Below, in pieces: positions 40,013-64,000 of a DNA stretch of 64,000 nucleotides. The DNA is from Guillardia theta CCMP2712 (taxonomy: Eukaryota > Protista > Cryptophyta). Location: NCBI RefSeq assembly GCF_000315625.1, contig NW_005434611.1, positions 259,698 to 323,697 on the forward strand, given 5' to 3'. A program made the position numbers and the translations under genes. The notes under the pieces are model-generated. The model was not told the origin of the DNA and did not search any database. It worked only from the letters and a program-made list of their open reading frames with translations. Positions within the stretch are counted from its first letter, which is position 1. The number at the start of each line of letters is the position of its first letter.

Positions 40013-42740
40013 ATGCCCTCGATGGGGCGGAGCGGACGAGGAGGGGAGGGAGGGAGCATGAGCGCGTGAGAGCAACAGAGATCCGACTCGCCCCCTCCTC
40101 ATGGACGGTGTGACTCCGAGGCCGGAGGCTGCTGACTTGTGCTGAGCGGCGGCCCGGGTGCGGCTGTTCCACGACGGTCGGCACAAACACAGTCGTTGAT
40201 CGAATGCTGAGTTGCACTGACTGGGAAATTGATTGAGAAAGTCGATGCCATTCAGTAGCTGACTGTGAGGGACTCCGGATGTGATTGTGCTGTCGGATAT
40301 CATAGTAGTGAGACGCTCACGAGCCTTGCACTGTTCACGGTTGAAATCCCAATCCGATCATCATGATCGCGTGATCCTCTGCTGCAGCTAGTCCGATTCA
40401 ACTCTACCAGCAGCAGTCTGTGGTCTTGCTCTTAGAGGGATGGAGGTACACAACACCTTGCACTTCCAGGTGCGCGCTTGTTTGCTCTCGAGACCGTACC
40501 ATTGACCAGGCTGCGCCTCAAGGAAGCTTCTTTCATGTACACAGCCGTCCGCACACTGGCAAGGCTCATGCTGTCGCAAGACTTTGCAGTTGCGGCTCTC
40601 GCAGAGAAGCTGCTTCAAAGCGAGGAGGGGGACATGAGGGAGGCCATGGTGAAGGAGTTGGGTAACAGATCGATTGATACATGCTGGTGGTATTCAGATG
40701 TGATACAGGAGAGGCCTGCTTGCAGGGATGGTATATCACGCATGCCATCCAAGACTTCGATGATGCAGATTACAAGGGCAGCTCGATTGCATCGGTGAGA
40801 GCAGGTCAAAAGGTTGTTGTTGAGTTCCATGGTGAGACCTGTAGGTCAACAAGAATCTTATGTGTAACTTCAAGCACATCAGGTCGTCGAGGTTGGGTAT
40901 TTGCTTCCATTCTACCACGAGACCATGGCGGGGGCAAGCTGCATGAAGGTTGTTGTCGTGATAGAGGTGAGGCACATGACATCGGAGCAGGATGGCTTCC
41001 GGCAGACTGTGTGGGCCCAAGAGAGTCGATGCCCCCCGTTCAACGAGACCGGATGCCCATGGCCTTTGCTTCTGCCATCGTTTGCAACGAGACGAGAGAT
41101 TCCACAGAAGGATTTTCATTGTTGAGGTTTGATCCTCAGGACATCATTGCTGTTTGGCGAGAGGGAACGGGTGAGACAGACATGAAATCGAGGTTATTGG
41201 AACCTGTCTAACAGCCTTCAGATGGCTGGATGGAGGGAAGTGTAGTCATGCGCCAAGGGGACACCATTGTCCATGAGAGGATAAGAGGCGATGAAAAGAA
41301 GTTCGCGCAGTGCTCAGCTGAGGCTTTCAGCAGGATGGTTCAAGTCTGGTTGCGTTACGGAATTTCCCCCCAGCTTTACTTTCTCGAAAGGGAAGAACGA
41401 ACGGTGAAGAAATCTTTGTGATACAAAGACGGCAGTTGATAAGAGCGTTTGATGCAGTCATTCATCTAATGCACCTGTGCTCATTCAACATGAAATCACG
41501 AATCACGCAAGGGTGCAAGACGTGCCGGTTGAACTCTCAGAGCATCTGAATTCTCATGCATTGGAGCAAATCATTCGAACTCCCAGTCGAGATGGAGACT
41601 CAAGGAGTTTCAGCTGGAAGGTGACGATGACGGCAGCCTGCTCGTACGCTCACCCCTCAGCAGGATGACCCGTGCTTTCCTCCCTCCCCTGAGAACGAAA
41701 ACATCGTTTTTCTACAGGTACACCTGCACATGTTGGACCCGCATGGAGAGGATGAAGAAGAAGAACCGGAAGTTGAAGTGGGAATCACTTCTGCAAACTT
41801 TGTCTTGAGATTATCTCGTCACCTCGGGGTGTCTTCTCGTAGATTACAAGTCAGCAAGATTCTTGGGCAGGACACATTCATCTTGAAGATTTTGCCCTAC
41901 TACGTCGTGCCTCCCTCTCAAGCAGGTGAGAGCGATGCTATTTCTTGTTGCTGAAGATCTCAACACAAATCAGGCAACATCGTCTCTGCCAGGAGGCTGG
42001 AAGATATGATCACAGAGCTCTCTCACCAGACCTCTGAATGGAGCGTGAGTCCCGTTCAAGACTTGTCCTCGGACTCAATCTCCAGCAAGTCAAGCAGATC
42101 TTCCTTTCTCGCTGAGCGGCGTCAGGTCGGAGCGAGTCAGATCAGGATCGAGGTCATGGAGGCAGGCAACCTTCCTTTGCCGGCAGACTCGAGGACTCGT
42201 TCGCTCTTCCTTGCCCTGACCTTGAGGGACGACGAGATGCTCTATCAGACGTTCTCAACCCGGGCAGTCCCCATCGAAGTTGGGCTGCGGAGCGAAGAGC
42301 CAGCGCTGACTGGCATGGATCGTGGAGACTCCCTGAGCGCGAAGGCGAGGTGGGGCGAGCACTTCACATTCTCTATGGATGGCAGCGAGCTCGGCAGGAT
42401 GACTGTTTCCTTGGAGCTGTTCGAGGACATGGAAGACGCTCCTGGGCGATGCGTTGCTACTGTGAAGCCAGCCTTGCGGTTGTCCAGCCTGACAAGATAC
42501 AACGACTTGAGCATGAAGCTCCACATGAAGATGAGTTGGCAGGACCTGGACGACAGGCGAGAGCCGAGGCTCAAGGTTCGTTTCAGATTCGGCAGCAGCC
42601 TCGTGGACAGCAGCACGAGCAGTGGGGCCGCCAACGCGGACGATCTCACGTCAATGATGAGCTCTCTTGGTCGGTATCGAGCCAGAGAGTCTACAACCAA
42701 GTTCGTCACCAATCAGGAGGGAGAACATCGCTGGGTTTGA
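40013..42740 (+). CDS. Protein with two SH3-like segments and a C-terminal C2 domain; multi-exon, start approximate
   Basis: SH3-like AIQDFDDADYKGSSIASVRAGQKVVV and LRFDPQDIIAVWREGT|DGWMEG. C2-like IRIEVMEAGNLP...FLALTL...QTFSTRAV...ARWGEHFTF...VSLELFED...GRCVATV. Confidence 0.6.
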
Positions 42741-42975
42741 AGTGGGTGAGAATTTCGAGGATGGACAAGAAGATGTCGAGCATGGAACTTGAGAGATCAA
42801 CTTGGTTGTTGTCGAATCAGCAACGAAAGAGGGAAGGTTGGTGTTTTAAGATTTGTTATTACGAGAGATTCAATGTTGATTCTTGTCCTCCACGTAATCA
42901 AGATTCTTGTATCTCTGTGTATCCCTCCACCCAGATTCTGGTATTCTCCTCCTCCTCCTCATAACATTTTTTTTG

Positions 42976-43009
<34 letters not shown>

Positions 43010-43593
43010 GAAGATTCTCGGAACCTCCTTCTCCTCCTCCTCCTCCTCCTTTTATTCTCCCCTTCATCCACATGATCGTCACTCTGTCACGATCATGACG
43101 TACATACCCTCTACGTCTCATCGGCGCAGTTACACATAAGAACAGAACTTTATCTCCTGCACGCAAGCTGTAGAAACTGAGCAAACTACCTGTGTCGGGG
43201 AGGGCAAAGAGGTATGGGTCAAGGTTATTGAAAGTATAATTCAGCTACAATAAAAAATCAGGAAGGTCTTGGGGGTGGAGGAATAAAGGCGGGAGCCTTC
43301 TTCAGGAGTAAAAGGGTACCCAACAAGGAGTAAGCCAATCTAACGCGAGCGATAACGAGGAGAGAGGAGGGAGCGAGAGAAAGGAGGGAGAGAAAGGAGG
43401 GGGAGAGGAAAGAAGGTAGAGGATAGAGGACGTAGAACAGAGGACATTGAGTAGCAGTGCAGAGGCAGGGCATACCAGTCGGGATCAGAGAGCTGCGGGA
43501 ACTCAAGGGAGAGGGTGAGGGGTGAAGGGGGGGGAGGAAGAGTGAAAAGGAGGGCCAGAGGAAGGTTCCAGACGCAACATACAAGTCTCAACC

Positions 43594-44802
43594 ATGGGCG
43601 AGTTTGAGCTCGAAGATCCAGAGAGCGTGGAGGGAACAAACTGGCTTAACATAGCATGGAATCTCCCCAAGGGAAGAGATCTGCGAGAAAAGATCACAAC
43701 GCTGCGACGAGAGATTCATGAAAGAGAAAAATCTCTGCAATCATGCCGGGAGATGCTAGACCAGGCGCGTGCAGACATCATCTTCAACAGGGAGGAGTAC
43801 AAGGCTGCAACAAACAACATCGCTCTGCTGCAAACTGAGACCAAGGGGATGGAGAAGGTCTTGCGAGGTAAGAGTCTGTTCCCTGAGCTTCCGGTCGGCT
43901 CACGTTGGGCGCGCAGAGAGCGAGAGGCTCGTCGCTGAGATCAGGCCCATCATACAGCAGCTCGGCAAATCAGATTTGGATAAACTCCGTCGAATGCCAG
44001 ACCCAGGTGCGGCCTCCCTCCTCTCTCGCTCCTCGTCCTCAACGACTTGCTTGCAGCCCCGACGATCAGGCGGACAGTGGAGCTGCTGCACCTGATCGTG
44101 AACGCGGAGAGCGTGGACCACAGGCGGCAGATCGACTGGGAGAGGCAGTGCAAGAAGACGCTGTCCAAGAGCGACCTCATCTCCTTCATCATGGACTTCG
44201 ACCCTGCTCCCTTGATGGCGAAGCCTCAGCTCCTGGCCCACATCGACCTGCACTACCTCGGGGGGAAGGCGTGCGAGGGGCTCCCTGAAGCTCCTGACGT
44301 CAGCCCGCAGCGAAACTCGGGGGGGCTGGAGAAACGAACTCCCCCTCCTCCTCTGATCCGGCGGTCCTCCTCCACCCCAGTGCAGCCGCTGCGGAGGTTG
44401 GAGAAGAGGTCGTCGATGAGCGTGCTGGAGGAGCCGAGCAAGTGCCTGACGGAGGAGATGGTGTGTCACTCCAGTCAGACTCTCGTCTCCATCTTCAGGT
44501 GGTGCGTGTGTCAGGTCAGGCTCAGCGTGATCCGACGGTCCATGGATCCCGTGCTCAACGCGTCTCAGTGCTTGCAGAACAAGCTGCAGAACGAGATGGA
44601 GAGGCAGAAGAGAGCGAGGGGGAATGAACTTCTCGCCGTTGAGAACGAGAGGGTCTTTGAGCAAGGTTGCAAGCAGAAAGAAGCTGACCTTGCGGAGCTG
44701 ATGAAGAAGATGGAGGAGCTCACAAAACAGGTGCACCAGCTAGTCAAGAAGGCTGCGGACTTTAAGGAAGATGAAGATCGCGAACGAGCGCGTCAAGCAT
44801 GA
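43594..44802 (+). CDS. Stand-alone dynein stalk / microtubule-binding-domain-like protein, 369 aa (exons 43594-43867, 43917-44006, 44057-44802)
   Basis: Coiled coil, then IRPIIQQLGKSDLDKLRRMPDPAPTIRRTVELLHLIV...IDWERQCKKTLSKSDLISFIMDFDP...LLAHIDLHYL...LTEEMVCHSSQTLVSIFRWCVCQVRLSVIRRSMDPVL, then a second coiled coil. This follows the dynein MTBD helix pattern. Two GT-AG introns (49 and 50 nt) keep the frame. Confidence 0.75.
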
Positions 44803-44849
44803 TACAAGTTTCCTTTATGTTCCCATCATGTTTTCTTGAGCATGTGAAG

Positions 44850-56929
<12,080 letters not shown>

Positions 56930-56983
56930 CGGCCCCCGAAAAGTTGTTTGCGTCCGTTTCAAAACGTTGCAAGGGTGTGAGCG

Positions 56984-57041
56984 ATGGCGATGGCTAGCAC
57001 GTTGAGGATCCCTGTGATCCGCGCGATGAGCATGGGAAGGA

Positions 57042-57108
<67 letters not shown>

Positions 57109-58381
57109 GAGAGCGTGGATGCACCGGATCTGCTACATGAGGCGATGGAGTGGAGCATGCAGCTCCTCTGAGGTCTTGAGGAGGGGTAGAGGGATGAGCA
57201 CCGGATCACTGCCGTCAGGAGCTCAGCAGCACTTGTACGTGCACGAGAGCTCGAGGGTCAGCGACTCTGCTCGCATCGGCTCCTTCTGCTCGATCCTCGA
57301 GAATGTGATCGTAAGAGCTGCTCCTCCCCCCCCCCCCCGCTGCCTCTCACCGCGACCCGGCAGATTGAGGATGGTGTGGTTATTGGCAGCTCGTCTGTTA
57401 TAGGACCGCATGTTGGTATTTCCTGCTTGCTGTGAATGAGACGTTCGCTCAACTATTTGACTCAGTGATTAAGAAGAACTCTACAGTTCACAGCAACGTG
57501 AACATCTCCAACTGCACTCTCGGAGAGGAAGTGGTGATCTGGCCTGGAGTTTGCATCGGCCAGGTTGCTTCTCACACGTTGAGAGGATGGTATGTTCTGA
57601 ACCATCAAGTAGGATGGGTTTGGCTTCAACATTTCTCAATCAGGGTAATGCTGTACTCCGTTCCTTCTAACAACCTGACACCTTGCCAAGTGACCCGACC
57701 AAGAAGCCTCAGACGCTGAGGGTAGAAGTTCATGACCATGTTGAGATCGGCGCAAACTGTAAAGAGGATGTTGGCTGAGATGAGCTGAGCTCACAAGACG
57801 TGCTGCAGGCACAATAGACCGTGGAAGCTGGAGACAAACAGTCATTGGGTCCAACACCAAGTTAGACAATATGGTGTTCTTTCTTCTCAACAGAGAGCCA
57901 ACGTGTGTGGAGAATTGATGAAGATCAGGTTCACATAGCTCACAATGTTCAGATTGGGAAAGGAGTCATGATCGCAGCACAAACAGGCATTGCTGGTAGT
58001 TGTTGTTCTCTCCGACAGCACAGAGTGAAGAGCTTTCCTGAAGGAAGCTGCGATATCGGCGACTATGTTCTTATAGGAGGACAAGTAGGGATCGCTCAAC
58101 ACCTCAAAGTTGGATCCAAAGCCAAGGTTGCGATGGTGAAGAGGTCGTGGACGGTAGTTGATGAATGATCTACAGATCGCTGCGAGGAGTGCTGTGATGG
58201 GAAATGTTGGAGATGGAGAGACTGTTGGAGGTTCGCCTGCCGTTCCGATCAGGTGAAGGAGGAAAAAGAGGAGGAGGAAGTGGAGGAGGATGACTGATAG
58301 TGTGGAAGGCAATGGCATAAGCAAACTATCTTCCTTGCAAGGGCGACCGCGAGACAACCGATGGATTCGAAGACAGATTGA
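56984..58381 (+). CDS. lpxD: UDP-3-O-acyl-glucosamine N-acyltransferase (LpxD, similar to plant mitochondrial LpxD2); multi-exon
   Basis: Hexapeptide repeats plus diagnostic spliced motifs IGQ|[25 protein letters not shown]|[21 protein letters not shown]|[28 protein letters not shown] and [10 protein letters not shown]. Arg-rich N-terminal presequence. Confidence 0.92.
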
Positions 58382-58478
58382 GATTGAGAATACAAGTTGT
58401 AATCGGAACAGTTTGGTCTACTCGCTTCAATTCGGTCTCATGCTCATCCTTCCAGCACTCGCTCACAGCTGACCTTGA

Positions 58479-60647
58479 TCAAAAATGTGCAGCGACGCAG
58501 CAGGTACGTTGGTCAAGTACATCTCCTTCCTCGTCTCTCAACTTGTCGCTCAGACTAGTGGCTATTGCTATTTCGTTGCCCATCGTGGTCTTTGTTCCAG
58601 CCTGACACTGACCTGCCGTCAGTCGTGCCCTCTGTCTCCGCTCTCTCAAACAACGTACAATGACGTTCATGGCCTCCAAGGGTCGGCTGATGCGACTGCA
58701 CTTCGTACACTTCGGGCATGCCCTGGAGCTTGTCAGATCGAGTGAGAGACGATAGATCCCTTACCTCGTGGCTTCGTCGCACGTCCATGCTCTCACGCTC
58801 AGCTATGCGCTCTCCATGCAGATACTGAGCAACGAAGGTCAAGACAATGGTCAAGGAAGTGTTGAGAGGAGGAGGGAAGAGAAGGGGAGGAGCGAGGGAA
58901 ACAAGAGAAGGAGCAAAGAGGAGGAAGGAAAGGAGGGAGCGCCGTAGAAGGAGAGGGAAGGAGAGAAAGGAAGAATCAACATACCTCGCCATGGCAGACG
59001 ATGTCGAGGCCCATGAGTTCCTCCTCCACGGCCACCCGCAGCCCCCAGACCGCATCGATGAGCTTGAGAAGCACGAGGGACCCGATGCAGGACCAGCCGA
59101 TGGCGAACAAGATCCCGTAGAGCTGCAGGTAGAGCTGCTCCGGCTTCCCATAGAACGCTCCCTTGTGCCCCGATCCCTTCCCTGTGATGTCCTCCGTAGC
59201 GAAAAGACCCGTCATGATGCCTCCAACCACCCCCCCTGGCCCATGGATCCCGAAGGCATCGAGCGCATCGTCGTACCCCAGGCGGTGTTTGAGCTGGCAG
59301 ACGAAGTAGCAGACGGGACCCGCGAGAAGTCCGAAAAAGAAGGCTCCTGTGCAGTCAACATAGCCTGCTCCCGGCGTTATGGCCACTAGACCAGCAACGG
59401 CTCCACTGATGATGCCCAGCACACTGCCAGCAGGGCGTTATCCGAGGAAGAAGAGCAAGGAATGGGGAGAGGCACCTGGGGCGTTTGCGCATGATCCACT
59501 CTGTGCACATCCAGGCGAGGGCGGAGACGGCGGTCGAGATCTGAGTCACCGCCATTGCCATGGCCGTCTGCAGCTCACCAAGTCAGAAGCTCCGTCAGGT
59601 CGACAGCCGCTCCCTCACCATCTTGTGCGCAGAGAGATACGAGCCAGCGTTGAAACCGAACCATCCGACCCACAGCAGGGATGCTCCAAGGACTGACACG
59701 AGGATGTTGTGTGGGCTGAAGTTCTCCTTGCCGTAACCTGTCCTGCTCCCGATGACAAGGCTGGGGGGGAGAGAGGTCAGTGAACGAGCAGCAAGCTCCT
59801 CCTCCCATGCTCACCTTGCCATGAGGCCTGAGCAGCCTGCTGCAACGTGCACTACGTTGCCTCCGGCGAAATCGAGGATGCCTTCGTCCTTGAGAAACCC
59901 GTCTGTCATCCAGTGGGCGTGAGCGATGGGGCAGTAGACGAGCAAGTGCCATAGCGCCATGAAGAGAAGCATTGGTGAGAAGCGCATCCGGTCCGCAAAC
60001 GCTCCGCAGATGAGAGCCGGGGTGATGATAGCGAACATCAGCTCGTAAACCATGAAGAGAGGCTCTGGGATGGTGGGCGCGAGGACATGGCCGGTGTCGT
60101 ACGACATTCCCAGAAGCCAGAACCTGGTGTGCCCTCCAAATAAAGGAGAGCCTGTCGTGAAGGAAAGGCTGTAACCAAAGCACATCCAAAGGACTGTGAT
60201 CAAGCATACGATACTGAAGCTCTGCATCACCGTCGACAGCACGTTGTTCACTCTGACCATACCTCCGTAAAACAGAGCAAGGCCTGGAATCGTCATCATC
60301 AGCACCAGGGCAGAAGACGTGAGGACCCAGGCGCTGTCCCCGGCACTAAGAGGGTTGGAAAGTTTGACCTGGATATCGCTGACATTCACTGCTAGTTGCC
60401 TCACATTGACGCCATCCAAGAGCTTCTCAACAGTTTGCAACCTGGTGCTCAAGGGGTCGGTGCTCTGCCTGAGACCCGGGGATCTCTCCTTTTCGAGTTG
60501 GGATATTCTTGCTTCCAACGATTTGATGACGTTGGCCTGATTCTCCACGATCTTCTTGAAGGAATCGTTGCTAGCGTCAATCTGACCTGAAAGGATCTCT
60601 CCGACCATTATCATAAACATAATCACATGATAGATAACTCTCGCCAT
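58479..60647 (-). CDS. amt: Ammonium transporter (AmtB/Mep/AMT2 type) with a signal peptide and N-terminal coiled coil; 3' end approximate
   Basis: [83 protein letters not shown] and [11 protein letters not shown]; both pore histidines are present. Confidence 0.95.
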
Positions 60648-61596
60648 GCTGTTCAAAGACTTTGTCTTTCTTCAAAGAATGATTTTCTCTAAATGTTTGC
60701 CCGATTGTGTGCAGCTGCTCCTACGTCAGTACGGGCGAGCATTCTGCCGGGGATGCTGATATCGAAGGAGTCTTATGATTAAGAAGTTGGCAAAGAGACG
60801 AGACAACAAACATCGCCATGCTCTGAGAAACTGTGCACGTCTGTACCCGATGAATGTACGTGAAACAATGGGAGAAGCGACGAGGTCGTCAGTGATACCC
60901 AAGAGAGCACGCACGGTGTGCCTTACAACGAGAGCATGGCATGTGCTTGTGGGTACGACAGAGAGGAACAAGAAGGGGACAGGAAGAGGTTAGAGAGGAG
61001 GAGGAGAGTCTGTTGCACAACAAGGGAAGAGGGAGAAGTCAGTTAGGATGCGACGAGGAGGGATGGGGAGAGGAGGAGAGGTTGATGGAGGGAGAGCTCA
61101 GTTCCTTGTGAGCATCGATCGGGAGAGTGAACTGAACGTTGGCGGAAGCAATTATTGTTTAAAACTCTTTGTACAAAATTGAACTCTGGCATTGAGTACA
61201 ATTGACATGATTTATTGGTACAGAATATGAACTAAATTCAAAAAGTTCTGTAAAACATACTTTGGGTCCTATATGGATACTTAGGAAGCCCTATGCTCCA
61301 TCAATATTTTTTTTAGAGCCGCAAGGTCGTGGCCCTTATGTGTACTGAGTTTCGACTCAAAAACAATTTTTATGATTAAACCCATACAAACTAAAACATA
61401 ATTAAAACTTAAAACTACTTATGCAATGCGCCAACCTATTTGGATTTCCGCCTCCTATAAGATTGGGGATGAGCGGGCCACACAAGGCGCCAGATAGCGA
61501 CCAATGAAAATCCGGCAATACCTGAAAAAAACTCAGTGCCAGGCCACCGGGAATCCACCTTGGACCGGGCCCCGGTGATACCAGCATCTAGTTATG

Positions 61597-61619
61597 TTTA
61601 CTCAAAGTTAAGTTAAAAA
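61597..61619 (+). promoter_or_regulatory. Recurrent 23-bp intergenic motif (copy identical to 36826-36848)
   Basis: TTTACTCAAAGTTAAGTTAAAAA inside a CCGG/GGCC island. Confidence 0.6.
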
Positions 61620-61793
61620 TCAGTAACTAGCCCGGGCCTGTTACTTCGGCAGTCCGTCCGGTCGCAGTGCCGCCGGGGCCCGCCGGAACTCAAAACCTAC
61701 AATAGGCTATGAGCCTCTTTGGCGGAGCGAGGGAGGGCGGCACATGGCAAGGCCCCCCCCCCTTCCCCTCCCTTCAACTCCCTTCAGGTCGAG

Positions 61794-62250
61794 ATGTCCT
61801 GCCTGGCGTCTCCTGGAGCCTTGCTGTCTCGTTCGAGAGACATAGGACAGACGTGGTTCTTCTCCTTGTTGTCCTCCTTGCTTCCTCCACTGCCCCTTGC
61901 CCCTCTCACGTCTCCCTTACAAAGTCTCCCCATCAACATGTCTGTGTTGATTGACGACGCCGCCTCCTTGGCCTTCGTCCTGATGGCAACAGTCTTGGTA
62001 TCCATGTTGATCTATCTCCTACTCCTGGATCAGGATAAGCCGCCACTTCGCGACCGACTTCTGGCTGTGCTCGTCTCGTGCTACTTGCTCGACACTAACG
62101 GATGTCACAGGCCATCAAAGCTTTGGATAGAGACAAGTACGTGAGGGGAGGCGCGTTGTCATCCAGAATCCATGATGCTCAGCATGCACGAAAAGTTCAG
62201 TGAACCGCAACAACATCTGTTTACTCTTGAACATAACAACATTCTAATGG
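61794..62250 (+). CDS. Small hypothetical membrane protein; boundaries uncertain
   Basis: Hydrophobic helix AASLAFVLMATVLVSMLIYLLLLD followed by short exons. Confidence 0.3.
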
Positions 62251-62385
62251 TACAGTTCCCGTAGTAGGATCAGACAACGATAACGGACGGCTCTTGCTCT
62301 TCTATCTCAGGTTGCAGAAGGCTCAACTATGATCAGTGCGTCAAGAAAGACAATGTGCGAACAAGCGAGCAAGAAACCGCATGTC

Positions 62386-64000
62386 TCATTGGACTTGGGA
62401 TTTCTTCATGAACATCTTGGTTGTCCATCGGAACAAACACAGGGCTTGGCTAGAGCAACACGTGAGAAAATACGCGAGGATGGTGAAGAGACAAACTTCA
62501 TCGGTTGTGGGCAATGCTCTGGACTGCAACAGCAGCTGCATACTCCTCAGTGTTTTGTTCTGCTGCTCGACAAGCGATCGAAGTTCTGCCACCTGACCAG
62601 GTTCTGTTGAGGTCTCGTTCGCAGAGAGAAGAACGGAGGGAGCGAAGGCGAGAGGGAGAGAGGAAGCAAGCAAGCTCTCTGGTCAGACCTCGTTGTCCAT
62701 GTTGGTGCTTCTCTGCTCTATCGATCGAACCTTCGCGTAGAAAGTGTCGTCCAACTGACCGAAAAGTCTCAGACGTCACGTCACAGTCTGCAATGCAGGC
62801 ATGCTCGAGAAATCAGCCACCTGCTTCCTGCTCTGCTCGAGCTGGCTTCCTAGCCTGCGGGCATGTTAGATGACGTTTGTCTTCGAGTCCATCAATCTCC
62901 GCATCCTCTGTCTTCACCTCAAAGTCATGCTGTAGAGAATGTTTGCCTGAGCTTCTATCTGACTCTCTTTGGAGATGAACTTCTTCGATCTTGAGGAGAG
63001 ACAGAGTCAGCAGCAGGAGAGAAATGAAAGCAACATGCTTCGTCCGTCGGTAGTCGTGCAGCCTCTCCACCAGACGTGAAAAACTCTCTCTCCTGTATCG
63101 ATGAGGATTTGCCTGGGCGCTTCCATGGGTTGTCAGGCGGTACAACGGGGTCTAGAGCCTCTCACCTGTAACAAGCCCCCTTCTTCTTGGCTCGGACGTT
63201 GATCACTCCCGGAAGATTCTTCGAGGAGGTTCAGTTTGTACAGGAACGTGGAGGAACAGAGCAAGGAGGGCGAGAAGGGCAAGGAATTGAGAGAGAGTTC
63301 AGCACCAGGATCTGACTCAAAGTCGATTCTGGCGAGAAATCAGCCTGTGCAGGAGGTGAGCTCAGGAGAAGGAGCGAAAGAAGACGATAGACTGTTGGGG
63401 AGCAGAGCAGGTCGGAGGAAGTCAAGTGAAGCGCTAGAAGAGTGAGTCCAAAGAATACCATCTTGTAGTCATCAGACGGGATGACAATGAAAGTGCTCGT
63501 CTTGTTGGCGACTCCTGTGGCCTTCAAAACTCTCCCTCCGAACCTTCAACAACAGCATGTCATCGACTACGTCGCAATCTACTTCATCTCCACCTCTGCG
63601 CGAGTTGGGATGGCAGAGTTCTGTTCTCCTGCAGAAGGAACGCGTCAAGGTGGGTCTATACTTTGCCCTCCCTCCCGCCGTTACATCGAGCTCGACGATG
63701 AGTCCTGACATGTTCCATAGAATTGGCCTGCCTGCCGTCAAGGCGGAAAGAGAAGGAGCGAGCAGACCCGTTGCCAAAGTGAGTGTAATACCTCCACCAT
63801 GCCTGGGAGGAAGTGAACACAATGAAGTAAGGAAGACAGTCAGTCAAAGACATGGGGAGATGTAAGACGCGGTGAAGTGGTTGGATGCAGGGGCAAGTAG
63901 AAGGGTAAGAGCAGTGTTGAGAAAAGGAGACGCAAAGGAGGGATGTTGAGTAGATGTAGGACGACAAATCCGATTATCAAGACCTGATGGAAGAACACCC
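62386..64000 (-). CDS. 3' part of a hypothetical multi-exon protein with a short C-terminal coiled coil
   Basis: Coding-like exons between GT-AG introns, e.g. LIVELDVTAGGRAK, TFIVIPSDDYKM and QVAELRSLVEQQNKTLRSMQLLL. Confidence 0.4.

Noticed and set aside
56984-60647. Bacterial contamination or a recent HGT island (lpxD + amtB-like)
   Set aside because: Both genes carry host-style spliceosomal introns and eukaryotic leaders.

Overview
Gene-dense eukaryotic nuclear DNA with many short (about 40-70 nt) spliceosomal introns, longer microsatellite-filled introns, one 100-N gap, and short GC-rich CCGG/GGCC/GAGTC islands between genes. The intron style and a signal-peptide plus aromatic-residue plastid-type leader suggest a complex-plastid alga, probably a cryptophyte such as Guillardia theta (inference; no search was run). 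Recognisable genes in order: EGF-repeat membrane protein (-), large RCC1-repeat+SAM protein (+), PPP phosphatase with an EF-hand-like N-terminus (-), JmjC oxygenase (+), intronless ubiquitin-like/bZIP fusion (+), hypothetical protein (+), LRR protein (+), MAP kinase with a TTY loop (+), ankyrin protein (-), small EF-hand protein (-), SH3/C2 protein (+), a stand-alone dynein stalk/microtubule-binding-domain protein (+), a roughly 12 kb OPR/RAP RNA-binding protein (-), LpxD (+) and an AmtB/Mep-type ammonium transporter (-). The most unusual items are: (1) the Ubl-GG|R-bZIP gene, which looks like a natural ubiquitin-fusion N-degron transcription factor and has a helically phased motif array upstream; (2) a 34-bp hairpin repeat array carrying a foreign-looking 97-bp insert; (3) the motorless dynein stalk-MTBD protein. 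Exon boundaries were read by eye, and several gene ends are approximate.
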